DNA from: Macrostomum hystrix
Lineage: Eukaryota > Animalia > Platyhelminthes
Length of the DNA: 64,000 bases
Assembly (NCBI GenBank): GCA_950097015.1
Contig: CATNEN010000007.1
Location: 434,001-498,000, forward strand
Direction of reading: 5' to 3'
The position numbers and the translations under genes were made by a program. The notes under the pieces were generated by a model. That model made no database searches. It was not told the DNA's origin and saw only the letters and a program-made list of their open reading frames with translations. Position 1 is the first letter of the stretch. Each line of letters opens with the position of its first letter. Below, in pieces: positions 23,854 to 37,347 of this stretch.

Positions 23854-25047
23854 ATGAATCTACTCAGACGCCGATGGAGTAGACTCGCCCACAAGCTAAC
23901 TGGCACTCGCGCTTTTGCAGTCCTGGTGCTTGCGTGTCTCATAATTGTATTTCTGCTGGCTGTCAGTCAGCGAAGTCCGTCTGCCAGCATCGGCGATTTA
24001 AAACTCAGCCTTGGAAGCGAAAATGCAAACAAAAAGGATGTTGCTGCGCTGGATGCGATGCGGAGTCCACCACCAGCTCCGCCGATCACTCCATCATCAA
24101 CGTCAAAATCCGAGAGCAATCTATCAATACCAAGAAAAATCCATCACTACTTTGGCGACGCTGTATCGATACCAATGATACTTGCCCAAGCCGTCAACAG
24201 CTGGGCTAACAATCACAAGCACTACAATGCGTACTTCTGGGATTCGCGCTTTCTCGAGGCTCGACTATTGCCTTCATTGGCGCTGTACCGTGAGAACAGC
24301 CGCTGCTACAACGCTGAGCGGCCCATTGTAGCCAGGCTTTTGCTGCTGCTCAGCCAGGGCGGAGTGCTTGCTGATCCAGACCTCATGTCGTTGCGCAGTG
24401 GCCTTGATAACTTTTTGGACGGATCAACCTGCGTGCTGTCCCAGGAGCCGTCAGAGGTGGCTGTTTTGATGCACGGACTGGAGAATCAACCACTGCCGAG
24501 CCTTCGGTTTGCTGCCTGTAGGCCGGATCATCCGTTTATGCGCCTGCTGCTGAAGAACTTTTGTCGAAGAGTTCTGAAGCGTCTCGGAGGCAGTGGCGAG
24601 GCAGCAAGTCAGCGAATAACTTCATCAGAATTCGCATCGGCTTTCGAAGATGCCGTAGAGGCCTACGATGATTCCTGCACAGACCGACTCTGCGATCACA
24701 GGGATCGCATTGTGCTGGCTGAACCAGGCATCTTCCTACCCTTGTCACCGTCTAGAGGCAAGTACAGTCGACTAGGCGCTGCGTGCATGGACGTGGTTGC
24801 AGCGGGCGGCGGATCGCAGGCTGAAAAGCTGGCGTGCTCGCGGTTGCACAATCCCCCAGCAGACTTCGATGGCCGCCTGACCGCGGCTTCCCTAGCGAAG
24901 CCGATGATGCTGACGGACGAGGAGGAGATAGGGCCGCGTGTTCGGCTGCACCGCATCGGACCGAATGTCGGGCGAGCTGCGATCGCCAACTGGCTTTTGA
25001 CTAATGAGAATGCTGCCGCCGTAGCCACCAAGTCTAGTCTATCGTAG
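23854..25047 (+). CDS. Type II membrane glycosyltransferase, GT32 (OCH1/A4GNT-like DXD sugar-binding) family, 397 aa, intronless
   Basis: N-terminal basic tail plus TM helix (AFAVLVLACLIIVFLLAV), Pro/Ser stem, IPRKIHHYF (cf. IPKIIHQTW) and RLLLLLSQGGVLADPD (cf. R..LYKYGGVYxDxD). Confidence 0.8.
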   Translation: MNLLRRRWSRLAHKLTGTRAFAVLVLACLIIVFLLAVSQRSPSASIGDLKLSLGSENANKKDVAALDAMRSPPPAPPITPSSTSKSESNLSIPRKIHHYFGDAVSIPMILAQAVNSWANNHKHYNAYFWDSRFLEARLLPSLALYRENSRCYNAERPIVARLLLLLSQGGVLADPDLMSLRSGLDNFLDGSTCVLSQEPSEVAVLMHGLENQPLPSLRFAACRPDHPFMRLLLKNFCRRVLKRLGGSGEAASQRITSSEFASAFEDAVEAYDDSCTDRLCDHRDRIVLAEPGIFLPLSPSRGKYSRLGAACMDVVAAGGGSQAEKLACSRLHNPPADFDGRLTAASLAKPMMLTDEEEIGPRVRLHRIGPNVGRAAIANWLLTNENAAAVATKSSLS

Positions 25048-28000
25048 CGTTTATTCCTCTTGATTGTAAACAGTTTAGCTCACTTTTATTTCTTACTCGC
25101 TGTAGTAGGTCAATATTTTCCTCATTTTTCTCTTTTTTATGCTGCCGTATGACAAGCTGGTTGTATAAATTAATCTCGGCTTCGCTTTCTCTCTACTGGG
25201 TTCCGCTTCAGAACTCTCCAACAGAAGATGCGGAGCTTGCTTGGAGCCTCAGCTTTTCGAGCTTTTTTACTCACCACATTGGCAACCACTGAGCCTCTTA
25301 CGGTGTAACCATTTAACACCCCTGCGTTAATCAAAGTATAACAAACAGAAATGCGCGCAATTAGTTCAGTGTGAAATAGTGACTCGTTTTCACGGTTACG
25401 TCTGCTTTTAACTGTTTTTATAACATATCGTAAACTAAAAATGGATAGAGGCGAAGCAGCTGAGATACATATGGCACGAACGAGGACAAGATAATTTCTA
25501 GTCCTCTTGAACCCTAACATCTGCAGTATGATGGAAGCGTTCGAGCGGAAGGGGTGTACGACGAATTCCAGCAGTATTAGGCAGTTGATCTCTCGAGCCA
25601 ATTTCGCATGACCCATCTATCCAGTGGAGGTTTTGAAGTCAAGACGTTGCAACTAGGTCCGCGTGGTGGGGACAGGTGCACTCAAACTGTCTTTCCCCTT
25701 CACCGTATTGAGGGGACGCTTTAGTCCTCGAACGATCTCCTTATAAAATCTTTCTCCGTACGTATCCCAATTGAGCACTAATGTCTCCACTTTTTTATAT
25801 ATTCGCGTACGCCGATTTAATGCATTAGCACTCCTAAGACATCTCGAAGGCTTCAGGGCTTCAATTGGGGATTGTGGGAAAAAGAACACTTGCATCCGAT
25901 TATACAAGCCTAACTTAAGATGTCATTGATTTGTTCTACGCTTAGGGAAGATTAGATTTGAGTTAGATTTGAAGGGCTTTTTACCAAGTTCGACGTCGTC
26001 AAACGAATGTTCCATCCCAGAATTCGTTTAAGAACTTTTCGAACATATTCGTTTTTGCTGGCGCCATCAATTTTCTGCTTCGACAAAGAGGTGCTCTGCA
26101 CACTGACATTCTCGTCAAAGAAGATTCCGCAGCTGCTGCAGTGATATGTATATACTCGGTGGAAAATCCCCCTGAGGCGCAGATTTCTTTCAAACGGAGC
26201 AAATTAACTAATCTAAAGTAAAAATACTTTTGTACTTTGCTTAGGAAATCAAAGGGTAATTAATAAAACTCCCCTGTATTTCTTGCACCCGTTGTTTTCC
26301 TAATTTATATGCTTGAGAAAATCAGATTGTCAGCACGGCGTTCAGCGAAAAGCCGCAGCTGCTGTTCCCATGGGTGACCATCTGCCCGACTCACTCTAGC
26401 AAAAGTGCTAGACTAAATACCTTTATTGATGCAACAGTGAACGGAAAGAGTAAGTCCGGCTTCGTTTAGCCGTGGAAATGGGTTTAATGCGCAGTGCAAG
26501 CCTCCAATGCCTATATATGGTATCTGTGAAGTGGAACATTGCTTTACGATGCGAAAGTCAGGCCGACTCTACGCTTTTGCATGAAGCTCAATTATAAACA
26601 TTTTGCAGAGGTCAGTGTGCCACCGGAGAATATTTTTGTGTTTTAACTCGCGACAATGCAGCTTTCTCAACTTTTCCACCTAAAAAGAAGAAAATTGGTT
26701 AGTTCAAGCTGCTATCTCACACTGTGCTTCCCAGACTAGCTAGCAAAAAATCCTGTGACAATACTAGTTCACGCCTGAACCAAATTTCCTGTTCCGGTTG
26801 ACAGTTTTGCTTGCAAAACATTTCAACCGGTCATGAGCACAGCTACTCCACAGGAGGGCGGCGATGCCGGTCTGTTTTTGCTGCTCTATCACAAGGGCAC
26901 GTGTAATATTTTACGATATCCGCGAGCAAATCGTGAGTCCTTCAGCATCCAAAGTGGCACTCCATGAACCTGGCAAGAATATAAAACAAGAATAGCCTGA
27001 ATAGTTGCTGCGTTTGCACTGCTACGATACACCAAATGACAATAGTTCTTTTGAAATGGATGAAGTAACTTAAATAATTTGTTTTAAGAGTGCTTCTCGA
27101 TCGGTTATAGCGTTGCATGCGCATTTATCTATACTGCAAACGTCACATTTAAACAGGTTTTAAGCCGGACATGAGAACAGCTCTGACCGCTCCATTAGCC
27201 TACAAAACTCAAATTGCAGAGTTCAGCTTTTCCATTTAGAAAACGATTGACCAATTGTAACCCTGCATGGGTGCCATCAGAAGCGTCCTTAGAGGGCACC
27301 ATTCATCACAGGCCAAGAAACAGAATGATAAGGCACAGCAGAGCAACAGATCGAAAATGAAGACGAAAAAACTTTAGAAATAGGGATTAGAATACATGCA
27401 GCTCCTCAATCTGGAATTAAAATTACTTTGATTTGCTGAATAGGCATGAGTTACTCGGCAGGAGCGCGGGGGTTTAAAACGAGCCGGGCAGCCAGCCACC
27501 CTACGCCCCCCGCCTCTCCAGAGTACACGCACGCACGCACAAAGCGCCACCCCCCGGTGTGTCTAACACACCTTACTCAGAGAGTAACGAACGCATTATT
27601 ATATACCAACTGTAATATCTTGATTGATTGAAGCAATAATAATATAGTTTGCACAAAAGAAAAAATTGTGACTACTTCAACTTAAGGAAGACCAGAAAGC
27701 TACAAAACAGAGCTAGCCATGTAGATTCTCTCTTTTTGAACTTCAATCCACACGCGGGGGTTTTCAAAGGAATCGGGATCGCTACGAATGGACAAAAGCA
27801 CAAATGAACAATAAAAGAGGGGCCCTACCACTGAATCTCAATGATACATAAAAAAGCCTGAAAATATTGAATCAGATATATTGGATTGTCATCTCAAAAG
27901 CTTCTCAGCGACAGCTTGATGTTGTGAATGTTGCATCTATAAAATATAAAGGATTCCTATTAAATACAATTAAATTTCTAGGCACTATTGCTAAGCAATA

Positions 28001-29157
28001 TATATTTAATCGAGTTCTTAGAAGTTCCGTTAAAAACCTTTTACCGATGTGGTTTTCGTAAAATATTTCAAACGTGAAAATTCCACGAAACTGATTCAAC
28101 GAATTACGAATCACTTGCAAAAACGTTTCACGTGCATCTTTCTGAACGGCATCGGCATGTAGTGCAACATGTAGCATTTAGCGTCCAGGCTTTTTCCGAT
28201 TGGGTGACGGGCACAGCATTTTCTACGTAATTTTTCAATGCTTTCAATGTTAAAAATGATAATGAAGCAGAGGTATATCAACACAGGTTTATCAACACAA
28301 ATTATAAATATACTTTTTATATTTTATATTGTATTATATTGTATAAAATGACATCTTCTACTTTAGTGCTGAGTAGTGCTGAGGGACTTAAAAAATTAAT
28401 TTTGCTATTTTGCTAATACTAAGTAAATTGGCGATGCAGTAAAAATTACTAAAAATATCATTTTGGATAATGTTGTATAACTTTTACAATCATATCCTGT
28501 CAATATCAACAATATCAATCATATACCAGGCCTATTTTTCAGAATAAGCAGTACAATGGCTAGCTTGTCTAAATTCATTGTAAGTTTTTGGCCCCCAAGC
28601 CTAAATATGAAATGCTTTGCTAACATATTTTGGGCCTTTAGCATTGGTTAATGTTGGTAACTATATTTAGAAAGGTAGCTAGCTTATAGTTTTAAATCTA
28701 GCTGTTTAGCACAGTCAAATCCTATACTATATATGTCACAGTCAGTGTTTTATAACTAATATGAGAGAGGTGAACTATATTGGCTTGATTGCTAACTTTT
28801 TGAAAAAAATTTATGACCTTAACATAAAACAGGTCTAATTTATAGCTTTTATGGTTTCTTTCCCAGACACATTTCGACATTTGCACTTAAGCATTTATAC
28901 AAGTATTAAGTAAGAAAACCCTAATTTGAAATTGAAAAAAACACATGTAATTGAAAATAGTTTTTTATGACATAAATTTCTAGGTTTTAGGCAACAACTC
29001 ATGTGGGCTTTTGGGATATGTAAATCTTATAGTATTAGTCTCATAGTGACTATAATGCTATATACCTAAAGTGTGTATGCTGTATTGATAAAACAAAAAA
29101 ACTTTGGCTAAACAAAAATCATGAATGCATTCTGTTCACTATTGCAGCAGGCAAGCA

Positions 29158-32100
29158 ATGCCATTGTTGTTGATTAATCGGCTGCTATCACAGCCCACAT
29201 CAAAGCAGTGCCATTTGCAACACTACTATTACATGTTCAATAGCTGCATTGCCAGAGCCAGATATAGTACTAATAGTAGCAATGACAGCAACTTCCTGGC
29301 AACATCCATGCGCAGCCACGCATGTGGTCAGCTGCACTCTGGCCTGGTTGGTCAGCCTGCAACTCTTTGTGGCTGGCTGGCAAAACTTCGCAATCGGGGC
29401 CAGTTTGCACTGCTCAGAGATCGCTATGGTGCTGCTCAGGTGGGATCTGTGGGCTGACTAATTGGGTCTGCGACATCCCTGCTTATTCCATGAGCCCCAA
29501 AAAATTCCATTGTTTCAAAAGTCCCATGAAATACCCATTGTTCCTACAGTCCTGTAACGATTTCTTATGCAACAAATTGAGTCCTCGCAGTAAGAGCCTG
29601 TCCATACGGCCGTGAGCCAATTCAGGCCGAGAGTCAAAATATATTTAAGTTTAACAGAGCGATAAGGAAGGGGGGTTAGTTAGAAGGGTAACATGTGCGC
29701 GGACTGGCCAGAGGCAAGAGATGGAACGCAGGGGAAGGAAAGAGAGACGAGGTGAGAGCCAATCAGAGCCGAGAGAGAAAAAAGGCTAATAAATAAAAAA
29801 AGGCTAATAAATAAATTGAACAGGCAGGGGGAGAGAGGAGTGAGTATATTAAGAGGGCGCGCGAAATGACAAACCAGGGAGAAGTTAATACAAGTCCCAT
29901 GAAATCCCATTGTTCCATGAATCCGAATAAATGCCATTGTTCCAAGAGTCCCGTAGAAATAAGGTCTCATTGTCCAAGAGTTGATGAAATCCTATTGTCC
30001 AAGAGTCCCATGAAATCCCATTGTTTAACAGTCCCATGAAATCCCACTGATTTCCTATCCGCAGATTGTACCTGCGAACTCCGCAGCCCGAGCTGCTCTC
30101 CGATCGGCTCCGTTGGAGTCCACGCTGCGCGTCGCTGGCCAAGTCCAGCTGCGTCCCGAGCGGGACAGAAATCCCCAGATGCCCACTGGTCAGGTGGAGC
30201 TGCTGGCTGACTCGGTGACGGTCCTGGGTTCGGTGGTCGGCGAGAGTGTACCATTGTCACCGTTCGAGGCTGATAGTGGCCAGGCGGACACTCGGATTCG
30301 GTACCGGTGGGTTTCATCAGAGACCTGCCGTGGCTGCACTGAATGCAGTTCGAAAAAGCGTATTCGGGTTAACACCTGCACTTTATAATGCCTTCCTTTC
30401 TCAGACATTGCTGGGTCATAGTTCATTATGAGGGTCATAGGGTGAGTGATTCAGCAGCCACCTCGCCCCCGCAGACACCTCGCCCTGCGCTCGGATAGCA
30501 TGCAGCGCCGGCTGCAGCTTCGCTCGGATGTGCTGCACAGCCTGCGCCGCTTCCTAGTTGAGCGGCAGCAGTTTGTGGAGCTGGAGACCCCGACTCTGTT
30601 CCGGGCTACCCCGGGCGGGGCCAGAGAGTTTGTGGTGCCGGCCAGGCTGCACCGAGGTCGGGCCAGCCGGTGCCAGGGCTACTCTCTGGTGCAGAGCCCG
30701 CAGCAGCTCAAACAGCTACTCATGATAGCCGGCTTTGATCGATACTTTCAGCTGGCCAGGTGCTACAGGGATGAGACTGGCCGGCCAGACAGGTGATTCT
30801 TTATCAGTCTCATCATTCATATTTTACTCGCAGGCTGAGGCAGTGTTACTGTAAAATGTATTGTCACGACATCATTACGTGCAGTTTGTGTCGGCTTGTC
30901 AGACAGAGACGAGACAAGAGAGAGATGTGACACAGGAGAGACGAGACAAGGGAGAGATGTGACACTGGAGAGACGAGACAAGGGAGAGATGTGACACTGG
31001 AGAGACGAGACAAGGGAGAGATGTGACACAGGAGAGATGTGATACGGGAGATACGAGACAAGGGAGAGATGTGACACTGGAGAGAAGAGACAAGGGAGAG
31101 ATGGGACACTGGAGAGAAGAGACAAGGGAGAGATGTGACACTGGAGAGAAGAGACAAGGGAGAGATGTGACACAGGAAAGAAGAGACAAGGGAGAGATGT
31201 GACACTGGAGAGACGAGACAAGGGAGAGATGTGACGCTGGAGAGATGACAGGAGAATATGTTGAAAGTGGCCAGTGCGTGGATTCAGTAGCTCAGCGGGC
31301 CGTATCTGACCCCGGATCTACAATCAGGATTTTTCCGTCGCTGACTTCAGACAGCCGGAATTCACCCAGCTCGACATTGAGATGTCATTTGCCGACGACT
31401 CCGACATTCAAGCCCTGATCGAAGCGGCCCTGCTCCACGCCTGGCCGGCCAACAACCTGCCGTCGCTTGCGCTGCCATTTCCTAGAATGAGCTTCTCCGA
31501 GGCCATGCTGAGATACGGCACCGACAAGCCGGATACGAGATTCGGTCTGACGGCCGAGCGTTGGACCAGGCCTGGCGACCATCGCGAGTCGATCATCGGC
31601 TTTCGCGTGAGCCCGTCCATGTCCGATACTGTCACGGCGGACAATTTGAAGGCGGCTTTGGGAGATTCGGCACTTCAGGTCAGCTCTGAGGGCTGGACAG
31701 TCGACCAAGGCGGCGCATTTCGACGCCTGCTGGACGGCTTCGAAGGCGGCTGTGGCGATGTTAGCGACAGTGAGATTGTGAGTTGCCGGCTGATGATGAA
31801 ATTTTATTTCTAAGCTACTGAGCTACTAAGGTTAATAATTATATTTTTTTCAGAATCAAATTTAAACAATCCATATCCCAGGTATACGATACTCAGACAG
31901 TGTTCCCCAGAGTTCGATTCCCTGATTCTCAGAGTGTGATTGGTTCGATTCAAATATTCGAGTTCAAATTCATTCATATTCCTTGCTTGTGGATTGAGTT
32001 TGCTTGATAATCTGATTGGATTCCCACTTCCCAGATCCTCATGTTTTAAAACTCCCAGATCCTCATGTTTTAAAACTCCCAGATCCTCATGTTTCAAGAC

Positions 32101-33211
32101 TCCCAGATCCGCACCTTGCCAGCCTGCCTCACCTGTCAGGTCCTGCACGGCCTTCAATCAAAAGTCGGCTCCCAGGTGGCGGTCGCTCGCTCGGCTCTCC
32201 ACTCGGCCCTAGTCGCCATCGGGGCGCTGCAGCCATTGGACTGGCGACAGCTGCACCTGCTCTGGGTGGACAGGTTTCCTCTGTTCGAATCTGATGGGCA
32301 GCCAGGCGGTCGCTTATCCAGCTGTCATCATCCGTTCACCGCGCCTGTGCCTGAGCACCTGGACGGCCTCATTAGCGGCAAGCTGGCCCCGACTGAAGTG
32401 ACTGGGCGGCACTTTGATCTGGTGTGCAACGGCTGCGAACTGGGAGGCGGCTCCGTGCGAATTTATGATCCCCACTTGCAGCTCATGGTGTTGGAAAAGG
32501 TTGGCGAAATCTGCATGCTGCAACTTTATTTTATTGAGTGAAGAGTCTTGCTTATCATCCCCTCAGTTTGCAAATCATCGGGGGTCAATGCCTGAACGTT
32601 CTATGGCGTTTGCCTCTCGCACCAAGGTCCCTGAGCTCGATTCCAAGAGAGCAGGTGTTGGATGCTTGTCGTGCAATTTAGGTCCTTAAGGGCCAACATC
32701 CGAGGCACAGTGATAGTGTACACTGCCTGACGATGAGAAAGTCAAGGCAGATGTACACAGCTGTGTGAGCGTGTGCCTGCGTACGGTATCCGTGTGCGTG
32801 TGCTCAGGAGTCAGCGGAATGGGCAGAATTGCCTCCTCTAGTGTGACCGAATGATGTGCCATTGCCGCAGCCTGCAATTATTATTATTATTAATATTGAT
32901 ATTGCAATTCAACAATGTTCAACTGTACACTAAGCAAGTAAAATTTGCGCCGATTCACCTGGCCACAGTTGCTAGGCCTGGACCCTGATCCCATGCGGCA
33001 CCTGATCGAAGCGCTGGGCCACGGAGCCCCGCCACACGCTGGTATCGCATTGGGCGTTGACCGCCTGGTGGCCCTGCTGACCGGTGCGACAAGCATCGCC
33101 GACTGCATGACCTTCCCCAAGACTCAGGAGGGCCGCTGCCTGCTCAGCGGCGCGCCTGCCGTCATTGACGCCGACACCCTGGCCTACTATCGACTGCGAC
33201 CGGCTGGTTAA
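29158..33211 (+). CDS. DARS2: Mitochondrial (bacterial-type) aspartyl-tRNA synthetase, about 623 aa
   Basis: Phase-compatible GT-AG exons: 29158-29439, 30065-30306, 30475-30792, 31351-31777, 32140-32499, 32969-33211. Motifs: [12 protein letters not shown]...LRDRYG (OB fold), ETPTL...[73 protein letters not shown]. The N-terminus resembles a targeting peptide. Confidence 0.96.
29890..30050. repeat. Degenerate tandem repeat of about 21 bp (GTCCCATGAAATCCCATTGTT), with a related patch at 29500-29545
   Basis: Recurring motif in DARS2 intron 1. Confidence 0.75.
30903..31250. repeat. 32-bp GA-rich minisatellite in DARS2 intron 3
   Basis: (GACAAGGGAGAGATGTGACACTGGAGAGACGA)n. Confidence 0.93.
32022..32110. 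repeat. 24-bp tandem repeat (about 3.5 units) just upstream of DARS2 exon 5
   Basis: (TCCCAGATCCTCATGTTTTAAAAC)n. Confidence 0.85.
32600..32893 (+). mobile_element. SINE family A copy with (TTA)n tail
   Basis: Aligns to 17557-17924. Located in the last DARS2 intron. Confidence 0.87.
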
Positions 33212-33281
33212 AGACAGCTCGCATGCGTTTGTTATAATGCTCTGCTGCTATTCTTGTTTTAAACTCGCGCATATCATAATT

Positions 33282-33875
33282 TGGGATCACAGTCCACGGG
33301 ATTGGTTTGGGATGGGATCACAGTCCACGGGATGATTTGGGATGGAATCACAGTCCACGGGATGATTTGGGATGGGATCACAGTCCACGGGATTGGTTTG
33401 GGATGGGATCACAGTCCACGGGATTGGTTTGGGATGGGATCACAGTCCATGGATTTATATGGAATGGGATCACAGTCCACGGGATGAATTGGGATGGGAT
33501 CACAGTCCAGGGATTTGTTTGGGATGGAATCACAGTCCACGGGATGATTTGGGATGGGATCACAATCCACGGGATAAATTGGGATGGGATCACAGCCCAC
33601 GGGATTAGTTTGGGATGGGATCACAGTCCACGGGATGATTTGGGATGGGATCACAGTCCATGGATTTTTATGGAATGGGATCACAGTCCACGGGATGATT
33701 TGGGATGGAATCACAGCCCACGGGATTGGTTTGGGATGGGATCACAGTCCCACGGGATTGGTTTGGGATGGGATCACAGTCCATGGGATGATTTGGGATG
33801 GGATCACAGTTCACGGGATGATTTGGGATGGGATCACAGTCCAGGGATTGATTTTGAATGGGATCACAGTCCACT
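33282..33875. repeat. 30/31-bp minisatellite downstream of the DARS2 stop codon
   Basis: (GGGATCACAGTCCACGGGATGATTTGGGAT)n, about 19 units. Confidence 0.95.
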
Positions 33876-34304
33876 GATTGGTTTGGGTTATATACAAGTT
33901 ATAACTGTGGAAAGAATGAGAGAGGAATCATATACTTTTTTGCTACTGGCCTGATATTTACTACTTACAAGTATGATATTAGATGTCTCGCTAGCTAAGT
34001 TTTTGAACAGCGAAATCTCTAAAGCCTTTCTGATATGAAATCGTGTTGTGTCATTAACGTCTTGCTAGCTTGTGTCGTCAATAAAAAAATAATGAATTTT
34101 TTAGTTTACTTGTAGTTCGCTTCTTAGTAAAATGAGCCCAAAACTTATTTCATAAATATACTGAAACTTTTTACAGACTGAACAAGCTTAGGAATAGTGC
34201 TTTACACTTTATTCTGCATTTATCTATTTGCTCAAACAGAAATTCATGGCACCTCGCTTGTCTTCTTTAACATTCTCTTTATTGCCTCTTTCAGGGTGTC
34301 TCAC

Positions 34305-34530
34305 CACCTCTCTCCCTTAGTGTTTAATCCTCTCTCTCCCCTTGTGTCTCATCCCCTCCCTCACCTTGTGTCTCCTCCCCTCTCTCACCTTGTCTCATCC
34401 CCTCTCTCACCTTGTCTCATCCCCTCTCTCACCTTGTCTCATCCCCTCTCTCACCTTGTGTCTCATCCCTTCCCCTCTCGCCTTGTGTCTCATCCCATCC
34501 CCTCTCGCCTTGTCTCTTACCTCTCTCTCT
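34305..34530. repeat. CT-rich tandem repeat of about 22 bp
   Basis: (CCCTCTCTCACCTTGTCTCATC)n, degenerate. Confidence 0.85.
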
Positions 34531-35167
34531 CAACATGGGCATAATTTGTCACCTGCTTAGCCAGGTGTTAGGGCGCACTACATTCCACTTTTTGCACTTG
34601 CTAATTGCCCTAGTTCCTATTTTGAGTTTGTGCTCAAGTCACAATGAAATTTAGCTAAGAAATAGCATTTTAGTCATGCTGCATAATGACAAATGTTCGC
34701 CAACATGAGAAATCTCATTGGTTGTTATTCAAGCTGCAGTGAAGCTCTGCTTTTGTTGCTAGGCAGATTTTCCGCTGGAATAACACACTGGTTAGTTCAT
34801 CAGCTGATTGACCCAGCTAGCCTCCCGTCTTCCTAGCTCTGCCTTTCAGGATCCCAAAATTATCTCCCTCGGTCTCCGTGCGGGTCTACAATAGCACGGC
34901 CTGGGGCTAGGCTGGGTGACTAATGCCGCTAAGGCAGACAGAAATTAATGCTGGGTCAGGGCAGGTGGATCTTCATTGCACGCAAATTGGCTTGTTTGGG
35001 AAGAAAGAAGGAATATTAATGGAAGCTTTCTGGTACTGGTATGTATTTTTTTATGGAAACAGTACATTGTGTCTGCGGGACAATGGTTGTCTAGCAATCA
35101 AATGTTTTAAGCTAATGTAGTCGAGATCGATTTTCCGCTTCCAATTAAGTCTCTGTAAGAAGTTTAG

Positions 35168-35345
35168 TTTGTAGTGCGTATAGGTTGGATTTTCGTCTGA
35201 CCGACAGGTCAGGAGTTCGAATCCAACTGCAGCGCTATAGCCGCTATAGCTAGTGTAGAAATTCGGGTGCTGTGTGGCGACGTCCCAGTCCGTGGACAGA
35301 ACAGCTGTACATCTATCTATCTTCCATCAAGGCAGTTCGTCAGGT
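35168..35345 (+). mobile_element. tRNA-derived SINE-like element sharing a module with the CORE-type SINE
   Basis: tRNA-like head ending GGAGTTCGAATCC. Internal GGTGCTGTGTGGCGACGTCCCAGTCCGTGGAC resembles GGTGGGTGTGGCATCCCCCAGTCCATGGAC at about 16956-16986. Confidence 0.6.
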
Positions 35346-36471
35346 AAACCAGACGATCTTCGAAGACAAGAGCTGGAGTATGTGTACCTCAGACTTGACT
35401 GAATCAACTTTTAACTCAAAATCCTTCTAATCGCTGTTCAGATGTACAGCAGCTGGCGTGTGTTTGCTCTGTCAATATAATGCTCCCTTCAATAGCAATT
35501 TGGGAATTCATGGACATCATGCGATCGTGATGCTTTTGGTTAAATATAATTGTTAACTGGCAATTTTCCTTCTTTCATTTCGAGTCCGACGAAATTTGAA
35601 TTATCTAATGCAAATAGTGGTTCATTTTCGCATGGTTTCACGGAAAACTAAGGTTAACAGCAGCGACAAGGGGTTACGTAACTTAGGCCACTTTAGGCTT
35701 TGCTACTCGACTTGGTTGCTTTGACCATGCTAGCTAGTTAATCCCCGTTCTTCACACGATTAGTTTGTACCGATCGCCCGGCTTGTATTACTTGCAAAAA
35801 CTGCAAAAACTGCATTACTTGTTCGTTTCCGCTTCGATATCTTTCTCCCATGGCGCACGACTGCTTCGCGGATCCCTAATGCATATTTAATTGGGTGCTC
35901 TTGTCCCCATACACCAGAGGTCGGGGCTCCCGCAGCCTCGCTTTACACATTGCAGCGCCCCTGCCAGCTAGTGGGCAAAGAATTTGTGGGATATTTTTCG
36001 AGCTGAGATCTATTCGATATAAAAATTCCCGCGTGCTTGCGAGCCACCATTTGTGCTCAAGCTCTCCACAGATGCTTTCCTCTGTGGAATGCCGTTGTCA
36101 TATTTTGGAGTCTATTTTCGCGATTTAATTGCGAATTGCGCGTGGAGCAGAGGATCGGGTCATGGTTACAGCTGTGCGGGTTTTGGCCGAGCACACATTT
36201 GATTCTTCCTCTTGAGCACCAAGCTGTGACCCTGGCCGACCTCTTCTTGCTTGGGGAGAAGCTTTTGTATATATTTTTGCTATCATCTCGGTGACCTAAA
36301 GCCTTTTTGCAGGGAGTTATTTTGGAGGAGAAAGTACATTATGCGTCAAGATTGTCGTTAAAAGTCTTTGGAAGCCTCCGACGTCATCAGCCGCAGCATG
36401 TCCAAGAGCGGGGAAAGGAGCGGCAGACTCCGTGCATCAGCTTCATCGCCGAGCTCACGGCCATCCGGGGA

Positions 36472-36616
36472 GGCTGTGGCAGAACGGTTAACAACACGTT
36501 TGCCTCTCGCACCAAGGTCCCTGAGCTCGATTCCTCGGCGAGGCCACATTAAATTGGGGCGCAGCCGCGGAGAGAAGGCTTGGGGGCTTGTCTTGCAATT
36601 TACGCCCTTGAGGGCC
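36472..36616 (+). mobile_element. SINE family A, 3'-truncated copy
   Basis: The head and first part of the body match 17557-17700. Confidence 0.82.
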
Positions 36617-37347
36617 AGACGGTTCCTCAGTGCGGTCTAGTTTCCCAGCTGTTGAAATTGCACACATGACTCAGGGCGTTGCATTCAGAGAGTCGAACGT
36701 AATACCCCAGCGGCATATTAGATGATGCCGTGATTTTTTCGCCGAGAGAACTTTTAAATTTACTACTTTCACACGCTCAGAAAGTGTATCGAGTCCAGCA
36801 GTTTATCCTATCATTATTTTCCTTTCAATTTAGTTTTTATCATGCTAAAAATATGATCTACTGTGCGTCGTCGAAACCATTTTACCTAGCTTTGTAATGC
36901 GTATGACATATGACGAGTATAAAATATCAAGATGCTAAAATTTTCGCAGCTTTCCATACATGTCATCAGAAGGCCATTTAAGCTTCTTTATAAGGCTGCA
37001 CTCGTGTTTTATTTCATTTCGGCTTTATGCCTCGCCCAGCTCTCGCCCATTACTTCAAATCCGTCTTCGGCGTGCCCTTCGATATTTTCTCTGATGATAA
37101 AGCTTGCATGATCTTCGAGCGTTGCTCGTGTTTTTGTTGATGGCCTGGGAACTTGCTGCTAAGGTTGGAAGGTGTGAAATTCTGATAATTCACCTAGCCA
37201 AGGTAATTAGCTGGCTGCAGGATTCGCTGCCTGAAGACAATTATCGATTTTTTAAGTTTACTAATTCAGCTAAATTTGAATTTAATAAATTGAAAATTCA
37301 TTCGAAAATGAAGTAAAATTTTACGAATATTCGTCAAACTGGGATTA

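Noticed and set aside
30817-31221. Ser/Leu/Cys-rich minus-strand ORFs
   Set aside because: They are translations of the 32-bp satellite in a DARS2 intron.
33281-33954. Multiple short repetitive ORFs (WDHSPRD, GITVHG and similar)
   Set aside because: They are frame-switching translations of the 30/31-bp satellite.
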